DNA of 63,943 nt, the filler included, from Collodictyon triciliatum (lineage: Eukaryota), in the NCBI GenBank assembly GCA_043381765.1. It is 8 parts of 8 records of this genome, joined end to end, with 100 filler letters (N's around TTAATTAATTAA, not from the genome) between each part and the next. Parts side by side here need not be neighbours in the genome. Positions count along the whole stretch, not along the records: positions 1 to 8,633 come from JBHJMP010003345.1; positions 8,734 to 17,365 come from JBHJMP010003346.1; 6 more parts are not named here. The stretch is one strand, 5' to 3'. The first letter of the stretch is position 1, and every line of letters begins with the position of its first letter. The translations under genes and the position numbers were made by a program. A model generated the notes under the pieces. That model worked only from the letters and a program-made list of their open reading frames with translations, had not been told where the DNA came from and did no database searches. Of this stretch, positions 1-11,700 are shown in pieces.

Positions 1-30
1 AAAAAAAAAGAAAAAAAAAAAGAAAGAAAA

Positions 31-71
<41 letters not shown>

Positions 72-91
72 CTATGTGCGTGCAATTTTAC

Positions 92-1615
92 CTCCAAGCC
101 AGCCGAATAAATCTTATTTTCATTCTCTTCCAAACTATACTGACAAGCTATACCCGTGACTACACCAAGGGACCGGTCAGATTCGAAAGGTTGAAGCAAA
201 TGTTCGAGCCAGTTTGGATGCACAACAACCATGGGAGATATGAAAGCCACATAAGGTGATTTGAATATCGTATATTTTGCGGAGTTAATCAATCGTGAGA
301 GCGAGAGTGCAGGAGATTTAATGAAACGTAAAAAGCTCTCGTCTTGTATTTTAACAGAATTGCTATCTATAGGAATAAACTGGATATTTCTGATAGTATG
401 AGCGAGTGACACCCGAGAAAAAGGAGATATTTGCAGAGAAGCTATATCTTCTCCCAACTTTTCTATAGATCGATTCTTGTCGTTGGTTGTCCTTTTTTTA
501 TCTTTTTGACTGGATTGTACTCCAAAGCTATTTTGCCATCCTTTAGCAAATTCTCTTATGTATTCTAATATATCTCGAGTGGAATCCCGCACCGACCAGG
601 GCTGCTCCTGAGCATCGAGAATCGATTGCAGCGGATCCAGAGAATCTGGATATAATACTATAATCTTTGTAGGGATCAAGGAGGTCGTATATTGTTGGAT
701 GGAATATAGGCACGCATGCAAGTTCTTTAAACCATGCGAGTCCAATACAGGTATAACAATGTTGATAAAAGCGTCTTTTTCTACAAGCTTGTTGTGATCG
801 CTCGCATCGGGCAGTTTCAACTTGTTTCCGAGCGACTCTTTCTCTTTGGCTTTTGCACCCATCTCTTGGGTAAGACCTGTGCGTCGCTCGGCTTGCAGCC
901 TCATCTCTAGCCGGGCCACTTCTTGAGTCAGGTTCCACAAGTCTTGGATTTGAGCGTTGAGTTGCTCTTCAAAATCGATGCTATTCATAATGAGATCCAC
1001 GAATATCTTGTTAGGAATGTTGATGATTGCATGGTTTAGATATTCAATCACTAATCATTAACTAGTTGTGAGTTGATATTATGAAATAAATCATGGATTA
1101 TAAGCGAAAAGATATATGTATCGCTGGGATATGTGTCAATCTAATTAAGAGCTGACTGAATGAATATTTTGAAATAGCATACACTTCTTTTTATGGTGCG
1201 TTGAGTTGTTATTTTTCGATATAGTTACAAATGAACAGGAACATTCTATAGTATTGCTCGTAAAGAAAAGAAATAAGGAAAAGGAAAAGGAAAAGGAAAA
1301 GGAAAAGGAAAAGGAAAAGGAAAAGGAAAAGGAAAAGGAAAAAAAAAAAGGAAAAGGAAAAAAAAAGGTAAATGCTACGTACGTTGCTCTCTGGCATTCG
1401 TCTGCACGTTTTGATTCGGAAGCCATACGCACAAAGCACTCAGACACGGCCAAACGGACGCCATCGATGGCCTGCACCGTGCTTGAAAAGTGTGCCTCAT
1501 GATTTATCAGCGAGTGGGAAATCAGCAGTAGAATCAACACGGTTGGGACAAGAAAGAAGCCCGTCACAAACAGCAGGACGCGAGGCAAAGTCCATCCCGC
1601 GCTGGGAAAAGACAT
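92..1615 (-). CDS. Type II membrane glycosyltransferase family 2 (GT-A)-like protein, multi-exon, 3'-truncated at contig edge
   Basis: Exon 1 (1615..~1380) encodes MSFPSAGWTLPRVLLFVTGFFLVPTVLILLLISH (TM anchor). An open minus frame 1050..92, not in the ORF track, reads ...DAFINIVIPVLDSHGLKNLHACLYSIQQY...KIIVL...SPYVAFISPMVVVHPNWLEHLLQPFESDRSLGVVTG...IYSAGLE, then a GT donor. These are GT2 signature segments preceded by a coiled-coil stem. Confidence 0.7.
1275..1366 (+). repeat. (GGAAAA)n intronic microsatellite
   Basis: Direct inspection. Confidence 0.9.
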
Positions 1616-2059
1616 GGCGATTCGCTGCTTACGTCCAGGCGGCCCTTCTAAAAGTATGGTTTCTTTTTTTAAAATGGGTGCTTCTTTGTTGTTTTGTTTT
1701 GGGTTTTGGGTTTAGTTTTTGTTGGTTTTGAGTTTTGTTTTTGTTAGTTTTATGCTCTTCTCCGGCACAAACAGGGTTTCACGGCCCAACACGAAGCAGC
1801 CCGACGTATCTGTTGATGCGACGCAGCTCATGGCGAGTCGACCGAGCCCATAGCGTTTGCCGTGGAGGAAGCAGCAAGGATAATGTGTGATGCAAAGAAG
1901 TGGTTTCCCCACGAGATGGTAGAGGTGATGCAAGGAGTCAGGAGTGGATACAGGCGATGGTACAGAGAAATTAGTGGCGAAAAGGCATGAGCCAAGCAGT
2001 GTTGAGGGGCCAGCACAGGAGGGAGAGATTGATGACAGGAACACAGGGAGGAAGGGAAA

Positions 2060-2138
2060 GTTTTTTGTTTTTGTTTTTGTTTTTGTTTTTGTTTTTGTTT
2101 TTGTTTTTGTTTTTGTTTTTGTTTTTGTTTTTGTTTTT
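2060..2138 (+). repeat. (GTTTTT)n microsatellite
   Basis: Direct inspection. Confidence 0.9.
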
Positions 2139-2182
2139 GCTTCTTTTTTCTTTTTGGAAAAAAAAAAGGAAAAGAAATGATT

Positions 2183-5100
2183 TTAAGCTTGGTAGGCGTA
2201 GTATTGCTCCCGAAGGACTTTGGCTGCTTCGTTCTGTTGGCTGCGAGCCTTTACGATCTGCTCTTTGCGCTCGCCCCCGAGAAAGTCGACGAACTTTGAG
2301 TTTTTGGTTTTGAACAGGATTTTGGTGGCCGCATCGTTGCGCGTTCCTTTTGGCGCCTACAAATGCAATGCAACAATGTGTGAGAGTTACGTCGTGTATT
2401 CTGAAGCAGTCACTATCACTATCACTATCACTATCACTATCACTATCACTATCACTATCACTATCACTATCACTATCACTATCACTATCACTATCACTAT
2501 CACTATCACATGGTCGACTTACGCGTTGCATTCCTTTCAGGACACTGTCGAATTCATCTGATTGTGCTATGAACCAGTATTGTTCCTCCTGAATTTTTAC
2601 ATGTTGCATTGTTAGCAAGTATACAAATGAAGTAGACCATAGATAGTAACTTGTAATTACAATCAAATATAACATAGAAAAGGGTGTCGGTATAAATGGA
2701 GAACTGAAGCGCGAATGGATAAAGGTAAAATCAAAAAAATCGTGCGGAATACGGTACAAGAAAGAAAGAAAGAAAGAAAAAAAAGGGAAACACAGATATT
2801 CCAGCGGATGCATCTACTTTGATTGTAGCAGGTCTTAAAGCAAGCAAAATGGTGGAATCAGGGAATGGTTGATTATGCTACCTGCTGGATATCGGTCTTG
2901 GCTCCGCGGTCAATCAGCTTCTGTGCGGCAAACAGCCTGTTTCGAGCCTCTTGCAAATCTTCCTTTTCAAGAACAAACCGAGCCGAAGATTGCAAAGCAC
3001 ATAGAGATATCACAGCCACATCCACTCCATTTTCAGCAAGCTGTCGATTGTCCGTGAATTCGGATGCAGTTGTGCTGTGTATATAAAGTAAGTAACTCAA
3101 TCAATCCAAATTGCTTTTGCTATGCCAGACCAAGGGAGCATTCAATTTGAGCACCCAGAAATAAATAAAGTAAAAAAAAATAATATGATTGTCATTAATG
3201 CTTCTCAAGGTATCTACGTCGCTTTCTATGCTTTGTGGCTTACCTCACTCGAACACATTTTGCTCCATCCCCGCGGACATAGTGGACAATCACTTGGATG
3301 GGTAACTTGTTGCCAGTTTTTGACGCAACAGCGGTGATTTGTGAGTGTGTGAATTTGGACGACAGTTCAAAAGCATAGGTGATGTCGTGCTGGCTCGTCA
3401 CATTCCCAATATTGAGCTCCTCGATGTGACGATTTTCCTCTCTGGCGAAGATGCCTCCACTGTGATAATATACTTATATTATGTATATATTTATGAATTC
3501 ATGGTATTTATAGAGAAAGAAGCGGGGGGAAAATGGCAAGATCAATGGTTTTCTCTAGACGAAATTGAATATATGAAAAATCAATATGATTCCTTTATAA
3601 TAATAATATATTCAAATCATGTTTTTATGAGACAGATTAGAAAAAAAAAAACAAGGAAAAGTAACACGATATCAATTGAGAGAAAATAATGTAGACACGC
3701 CTTGATTTTCCAGTGGCGATTGTGTCAGTGATGGAGAATGCTTTCGGGAAGACTATTTTGACTGTGACACCGGTAGCAACGACCGGGTTTTGGCTAATGG
3801 TTCGGATTTCACGACGTAACTCTAATGGTTTCAGTACATTGACCTGTAAAATTCATTGAACATCATAAATAAGATAGCGCCTTTTCATAAGTACCCGAAA
3901 AGAGAAATATAAATAGACTGGATAGTGAAATCCTCTGCCATTTTGCACAAATTGAAAGGAAGAATATAAAAATAGGTTCGGTCGGCATATTCTTTATGGC
4001 ATTTCATTATTATTATTTCTTTGTATGGCCTTAAGATGAATGGACAAGCTGATAAAACATCCATATTCATCAAATGTGACGAGACCTGTCCTGCCGTCAT
4101 ATCCGCACATATTCCGAGGCAGTCCATGCGACAGTCTGTTCCTTCGATTCCAATTATACTAATAGTAGTTTCGTTCAATTTTGCGAAGGCTCCAGCCTTG
4201 CGATAGAACGAGTCATCAGCACCAGCCTTCTGAAGAGATCCGATACCCTGCATTGCGCATAATTCGTGTAAAAAAAAAAAAATTAGTATCATAGCGCACT
4301 TCACTTACATTTTCTTCTGTTTCTTTTTCTCTTCTTTCTTTTCATATTTTTTTTAAGCGAATGAGAAAATCAGTAGAATAGGCAGAATGAAAGTTGATAT
4401 CATCGTACATATACGATATTTGATCATGTGCGGGAAATTGCAATTTAAAAGGGAAAAGTATTTCATCAGTTATATGGTTGACATTCATTTTGCGATTTTT
4501 TTGTGAATGGAACCAATTCAAACCAAGTTTGACAGGCCATCTGTGGCTAGAATGATTTCGGCCCCTTTTTCTGCTGCTGCCACTCCCAGAGCAACAGAGA
4601 GGGCTGGGCCTAGAGACGTGGCACCATCCTCGCTCAAGCCGTTAACCTATCAAATTCATATAATTTTACAAATGCACGTTGGCTATTGCAAAGCAAAAGT
4701 AAATCAGTGGTATATACGTGTTCATCGATGATAGAATAGGAAATCGGAACATATGCGAGCTTAGTATACCGAAAGTGGTACGAAAATTAGAACAAAGGAA
4801 GAGAAAATGGATCATTTAACGCTTAAAGGAACATATGATCACATATCGATGTACCTTTTGCTTCAATTCATGAATGCTTGTGGAGACAGGTCGAAGTCCT
4901 TTCATACTTAACCCCTTTCCAGCATCAATTAGCTTGTCCCAATCGTTATAGAAACTTGTGTTGATTTCGTGAGGCTCTATTGTTCCATCTCCGTAGAAGG
5001 TAACTCTCGCGTTGAATGTCACCAAGACAACCTTCTTTTGAGGGTGTTGTATCTGAGGAATACATCGTATGAGTGAGTAGTATGCTCGTGATAAGAATTA

Positions 5101-7304
5101 TAAGAAAGGGATAGACTATTTCCAAAATAAATAAAAAAAAACAGTCACCAAAAAAAAATGGTCTTTACGGTGAAAATGAATATGCACGATAAATTAAAAC
5201 CAAGATAAATTCCAAAATAAAATTTTTGCTAATAGCTACCGTTAGTCTTTCAATGTGGGCAATAATGGCCTGTTGTAGGCATTCTAGCCTCGTCATGTAG
5301 CGCGTAGCGGCCTCTCGACCCCGAAGCTGGCTCCACTGTTGCTGTATTTCTGGCATCTCGATGCTTGTGGACATGGAACCGGATATGTCTATGCATAGAA
5401 TAATGGTGCTGTCTGCTCTGGGTGGAGCTGGTGCGGCTGCAGCTGCGACTGCGACTGCTTGATTTTCGGGATTGCCTCCCTCTACCAGCGACGCCGAAAG
5501 GATATAATCAACGACAGATTCTTTGGGTCTCTCTTCATCGTGCATGACTACATTCCTGTTAGCAAAGTTGCAATACTCACACACCCATACACCACCCTCT
5601 TCAGTACGAGATATATGCGAGAAAATTCCTTTGCATTGCCCACACAGAACTGGGTCCCCAGTCATTATTGTCGCTGGGTCTGCAAGATTTCCGAGACTCA
5701 AGCAGAAGAAATTCGGGTCCAGTTTGGAGATATTGATAGTTTTGCCCTTTGGAGCCTGAATACTTGAGCCGGGTTGGTTTGAGCGGTTAGTTGAAGAACC
5801 TAGCGGTGCACTGCCTGATGCAGAAGAAGGGCGCCGAAAAAGTCCTTTGATTTTGGAAATAACTCCTGGTCCTGATGCTCCACCTTCGGAAACCTTTGGT
5901 CGCCTAATATTGTATGGATAAGTCATAAACATCAACGTCTTGCTTTTAATTTGTGAGCGAGAAGTGGGTATGCAATAATGGTTAAGATATTCAAGAAATG
6001 TGATACTTTCGATTGAAGTGATATATGTAAATACATCTCATGTTGAAACATATTGTTTAACGAGTAGAATTTCGCTAAAAAAAAATATCGTGACTGTGAG
6101 ACTTGGATTGAGAATAGGATGTTTGGTAAAATGAATCAATTACTTTAGCCCTGCGATGACACATTGTTTTCGGTAACTGTCCTCAATCGTTGGATCGTAC
6201 TCATCAACAAAGTGGTTCTATAACAAAATTATTTGGTGTTCACTATGAAAAAAAAATAGAAATATGCAATATATAGGCTCCCAGAGAGATAAAGTATATA
6301 CTAGCCGCTCCAAAAAAAAATTGATGTAATTTCGGTTTAAGGATAGTGGAAAATGCGCAAACAAAAAAAAGTAACTTGTTTAAGTGTAGAGTTGATCTAG
6401 GAAATTAATGTGTCCATAGATTAGCAGGCAGAAAGTACCTGAATAAATTGAACAACCAGTGCAGATTTTCCTACACCTCCAGCACCTAGAATCACAAGCT
6501 TGTATTCCTTACCACTTCTGGGTATTTCTCGAACTAATTGGTGGAATGCTGCCTCGACGTTAAGGCTGGACCGTTTTATTCAAAAAAAAAGCTTTATAAG
6601 CAACAGGAAACATCGAAAATTCGTATGATGTATAAATCATGCTGTTTAGGTGGGTGGATTATTAAAAAGATTAAGTAGATAACGATGCGATAAATATATT
6701 CAAAAAAGTCTACATTACAGACATCGCTGGAGAAGGAAAGAATAACATGACGAATTTTTTTGAAAAAAAATAAAAGAATATCCCCCTTTACTGTTATGAT
6801 CAATCTCGAGTGATAAATAAATTGCACATAATTGGGTGGGATAGTTCCGATTACTATCAAAAAAAATTTTAAAAAAAAAAAGACAAATGAGGAGAAGGAC
6901 GACAACAAAGAATATCATACCGGGATTTTGCAGAAACCTCGAAAAACGGAACACCCCAGGACTTTGCCAATTGTTCACCCTCGGCACGACCTACGAATCG
7001 ATTGTGCTCCATGTCTGCCTTGTTTCCACACAAGACCATTGGTACGTCTTTACTGTCTTTAATGCGTAAAGTGAGTTCGCGAATGAGGCTGACTTCCTCG
7101 AAAGAAGAACGGGACGTGATCGAGTATACCTGGAAAATGAGGGAGGACTTTAGAGCGAAAAAATATCTTCCTTCTGAACCACAAAATGTAGAATGGAGGA
7201 ATAAGGGGGCTTTTGGTTCACCCTACACCAATCGCTGACGCGCGTGAGAAAAAAAAATTCGATGGGGTATCAACCAAAGAAAAATGAAAATGCGTGGTAT
7301 TTTT

Positions 7305-7339
<35 letters not shown>

Positions 7340-7343
7340 TAAT

Positions 7344-7389
<46 letters not shown>

Positions 7390-7746
7390 TTAAGAAGCCT
7401 TGTCCTTGACGGGTGTATTGGTCTCGCATCGAGCTGTATTCTTCCTGGCCAGCTGTGTCGAGAATATCCAACAAGCAAACGTCCGAGTCTGAAGGTGGTA
7501 CAGGCTGCATAAGCTTCATACTTATATTCGCCGTTTTTTCGGACTTGATCATGTTTATTTTATGACAAGTATATGAGCACGAAGACGAAAACGAAAAACA
7601 AAAGTCAAACCATCAACAAAGTTTGATCTTTGCACGGCCGCCAGTCCGCGATCAAACTCCTCTTCCTGCACCACTTCCTTTTCTGCCTCTTCCTTCTCCG
7701 CCTTTCCCGTGAAGATGTGAGAGGATCCAAGATGTACCAAAGCCAT
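2183..7746 (-). CDS. cpras1: Circularly permuted Ras protein (cpRas) with Sec23/24-type Zn finger and VWA domain, multi-exon, apparently complete
   Basis: Exons in order: [14 protein letters not shown]...; [20 protein letters not shown] (G3); [11 protein letters not shown] (G4)...FFEVSAK (G5); [27 protein letters not shown] (G1); [18 protein letters not shown] (G2); [15 protein letters not shown] (Zn finger); [12 protein letters not shown] (VWA MIDAS); LATDGL; last exon ...[12 protein letters not shown]...[10 protein letters not shown]. Confidence 0.92.
2410..2509 (+). repeat. (TCACTA)n intronic microsatellite
   Basis: Direct inspection. Confidence 0.92.
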
Positions 7747-7959
7747 TTGTGATCTTGCTCAGACTTTAACAGTTATTTTCCTGAGGAGAGAGCGTCTGCC
7801 GTGCCCGCCAACGAAAGAAGAAAAGGATGAAGGAGTAAGGTATACGAACAAACGTGTACATAGAAGGCGAGGCGACATTCAACAATGAATCAAGTACAAG
7901 AACGAGATCGGCGAGTGTGACTGCGATCTGGGTGACTGTTATTGAGTTGTTTCCCACGG

Positions 7960-8580
7960 GCTTCACTTGGGATTTGACAGCGGATATTCTGGCGGTGGTT
8001 GCCATTTGCTTGGATTGAAAGGGATTGTGCAAGATTGACAGAAATCCCGACGCGCGGAAAAATACTTGCCACGGTGTTTATATAGAACCCTATAATCTCG
8101 GGATAAACTATGTTCCCATTTCGCGGAATAGTTCGCCGATGGATTTGATGGTAAGGCAGCAGAAATGTTCGAGGTGCGCTCAACCTATTTCATCCATATA
8201 TATGATCATTATATTATAATTATATGTATTTTTAGTCATATGATGATATTTAATTGGATAATATATGTATTAAAATTCATAATATATAAAATTCCATTTT
8301 TATATATTTAATGTGGAATTAATATACATATCTAAATATAAATTATGTATGCTTCTTGCAGCCATAAAATATATAAATTATCGTCACATGTACAAATATG
8401 CATATGAATATAAACATAATTTTTATATCTTGTCACGTGTTCCCGCCTCTGTCACCATAACGCTCAAGAAAAGCTGCCACACAAGTCAACCGATCAACAA
8501 CAACATTGTTTGACCTATAGTAGAGAGAAACAGCAACACACCAATCGTCCTTGATCCAGACCATTTGCGCTTAGTTTTTT
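7960..8580 (-). CDS. Possible terminal exons of an unidentified gene
   Basis: Higher-GC blocks with GT-AG borders; open frame VERTSNISAALPSNPSANYSAKWEHSLSRDYRVLYKHRGKYFSARRDFCQSCTIPFNPSKWQPPPEYPLSNPK*; no recognised domain. Confidence 0.25.
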
Positions 8581-8633
8581 CCCCTTCTGGGCCATATAAA
8601 AAAGAAAAAAAAGAAAAAAAAGAAAAAAAAGAA

Positions 8634-8733
8634 NNNNNNNNNNNNNNNNNNNNNNNNNNNNNNNNNNNNNNNNNNNNTTAATTAATTAANNNNNNNNNNN
8701 NNNNNNNNNNNNNNNNNNNNNNNNNNNNNNNNN
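8634..8733. other. Artificial contig-joining spacer (N44-TTAATTAATTAA-N44)
   Basis: Stop codons in all six frames flanked by 44 N each; identical at seven positions. Confidence 0.97.
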
Positions 8734-11700
8734 AAAAAGCCACCGATCAACATAAGGTCAAGCAAACTGAATAATACAACATGAAACATACCTTTATTTT
8801 CTTTTTTTTTTTTACAAAAAGCGGAGGTTTACACCTAAGCAAGTCTTTTACCTATGTCAGAAAGTCAGAAGACTTGATCGAGAATGGGGTAGTCTATCAA
8901 CAGCTGGCAAATAAAAATAAAATGAAAGAAACAAGAACGGGCCAAAGGTGAGTCCCTTCAACAAAACTTCATGTGATTGGCTCTAGTCTTGCCCAGCATA
9001 ATCCCTAAGTTATATTGCGCACCAACCGACCAAAACTCAAAACACACGAAAGCTTATTTACATATCCAAATAAGAATTAAATTCAACTATTCCTCCTTCC
9101 TGCGGAGGTTTTAGGGCCCTTATCATTACAACTATTCGCGAGCCAAAGAGAGCTGGGGTCTTCCGGATTTCCGAGCCTTTCTGTCGCAAAGCATCGTTGG
9201 CCATGCATCCACGCTATATGAAATATCCCTTTTTTTTTATATTTTTTATCGAAGCTTTAGCTGATTTGTCAATTCGCTGTTACCATGAATTTAAAGTGAA
9301 TTCTATTCCAATCTCATGCAGCTTGTGATGCATTCTGAGATCTTCGGGGCGATTGAATCTCTGGTTGCTCTGCCCACAGTAAGATTACTTTGATGGAGAT
9401 CCTTCAAACGTAGACTTTAAGAACGTCTCTTAGATCTTGGATTTGCTTTCAGGTTGGTTTTTGATCTGTTTGTTTTTTTCCTCAACTCGGCTTTTTTCAT
9501 GGGATTCGCCTATTGGTGGAAAAAATAAATCCCTTGTTTATGCATATTTTCCTTTATTCGATACAAGTGAATGAAGGGGGGTTTAAGAAATTTTACAGGA
9601 CGCCGTAGTTGTTGCATCTTGGCTGAAAGCAGTGACACGAGTCGGTTAAGGGGTTCAGGCCAGCAGCGTATGGAATTTGAATTTGTGGCTCATCAATATG
9701 CAACCGATAGGGTCGAGAATAGTTGCAACTTTTAAGAGGTGCGACTACCAAGGACTCTGACTTCAATTTGATCGGAGGCAAAATTCTCCCTGGAGCGAAA
9801 GTGCACGCGACTACCCTGCTCTCCTTTACTATCAGATTCCTTGTATTCGTTCATTCTATTCGACTACAAATCCAATATCCTTGACTTATGTAAGTCTAGT
9901 ATTCAACAGATGACATATAACAGCCGGCAAACCAGCATAGCTTCTTCAGCATAGGCATTAGCGGAACCGGCAAGAATATTGTGAAATAATTTTTGCAGAC
10001 TCTGGAGAAATATATCTTTATTTTTTTTATTTAGCAACTACAGTATTACTCAAAATCTTGGAAACATAAATAATGAATTATCCATTCTTATAGTCTGAAG
10101 ATATACGCCTGTTCAACTCGACTCCTTGAATCTCAATTATACTTTAATCAACCAGATTCAGGTACCACACATATTTGGGAAAATCACTACATGTATTTTT
10201 ATGACTAAATAAACGGTAGATTCTGATTCTTTGCTATCCTAGTTAATTTTTACCTTTACATTTCATAAGGCGTAGATGATATTGAATAATCTATGAACTA
10301 AAAATAGCCAAGTTGGAAAAAATCAATCATGAGTTAATTTCAACGATGTTAAAGGGGGTTTCATTGACACGAAAAAAATCTGTATAATCAATACAAAATT
10401 TTCGACTATTTTTTTTATTATTCCATTCCATTTTGTGCAGGACGGTGGAGATGTTGGCTTTGGTTTGCTAGCCATCGTTTGCATGGACGCTACTTGGTGG
10501 CCGGGTGGTATAGAAGTAGTCGGTAATCAGGAATTGCATCCTGCAGTTTGGCCTGTAGTCTGGGTCTTATGCTTGGATAAGAAAGACCAGGACAAAATTT
10601 TCGACAATTTAAATATTTTGATTATTTCTCAGGATGAACTCAAAAAAAACCATATATAATAGCACTGCATGAACTTTCAGAGAGGGGTCATCTGTCATTC
10701 CATTTCTTCGTACAAGGAACTCTGGTGCTCTCATTTTTTTTGGTGATAAACAAGTCATACAGTAAGTTGACCAAGCCAAGTCATAGTATCGAAAGGAAAT
10801 TTATTTATCTCAAGGTTTCAAGTACCATGAATCCAATTTTTTTACAATAATTAAAGAAACTCATAATTAAAACTTTGAGGGCATTACAAAGAATAGTGCA
10901 ATCTTTGGGCCAGATTGACCAAGATTCTGATAGTAAAACAATATGATTTTTGTCTAATTTTACCTTCTAATTCTCATCATAATTGAAAAGCACGAAAAAT
11001 TTAAAATTTATATGACAGAAAATACGTCACATGTTTGATATTCAACGATAGAAAAACCAAATACGCACATTTGAAGTACATGTGTGTATAGCCTAATTTT
11101 TAGCAAATTATCAATCAAACTTCATTCTTAATTTAGGTCTCGTTTTGATAAATGGTTCAACCTGACAATTACGTGGACTAGCTGAAAAATCGCATTATTT
11201 TATTCAATCTATCATATTTAGCATTAATTATTCATCTTGAATAAGAAAATGTTCAAACTAAAGTCATGGGCAAAACTCAGATACAGTTGAAAATGGAAGG
11301 GACAAAAGACAAAATCCGTGGGAAAGGGAACTGTTTCGATCTACTACTTGGAGGAGGGAGGAGGGGTGGTGAATCGGCGGCTCCTAGTTTTCCCGACAGT
11401 CTGAAGTAAAGGTCTAAGAACGCACGGTGGGGGTGTTGGGTTGTCTTGTGTGTGGAAGTAAGTATGTCTTTGTCCAGTCATTCATGACCAAAAAAATAAA
11501 AAAAAATCATAATATTCTTCGTAAATTTCTGTAATCAAGAGTCATGTATCCTTTTTTGCGGTAAGGAGGCTTAATCTTATTCGAAAACATTGCCTATTTA
11601 ACATATAAAATGCAGCATGCATTAAGTCGAATCATTTTTAATTAAAATCATTTCAGTTGTAAAACCATCTTCTGATGATAGAACAAAAATCTATAAAATT

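Noticed and set aside
2410-2509. Many microsatellites of nearly identical ~100-bp length
   Set aside because: Most likely a read-length or k-mer ceiling of the short-read assembly, not biology.
1145-2813. ORFs with FS/KE/DS/TI dipeptide runs
   Set aside because: They read through intronic or intergenic microsatellites; only the flanking exon parts are coding.
8678-8689. Palindromic TTAATTAATTAA recurring about every 8.7 kb, as a possible regulatory or telomeric element
   Set aside because: Always embedded in exactly 44+44 Ns; it is a six-frame stop linker added during assembly.
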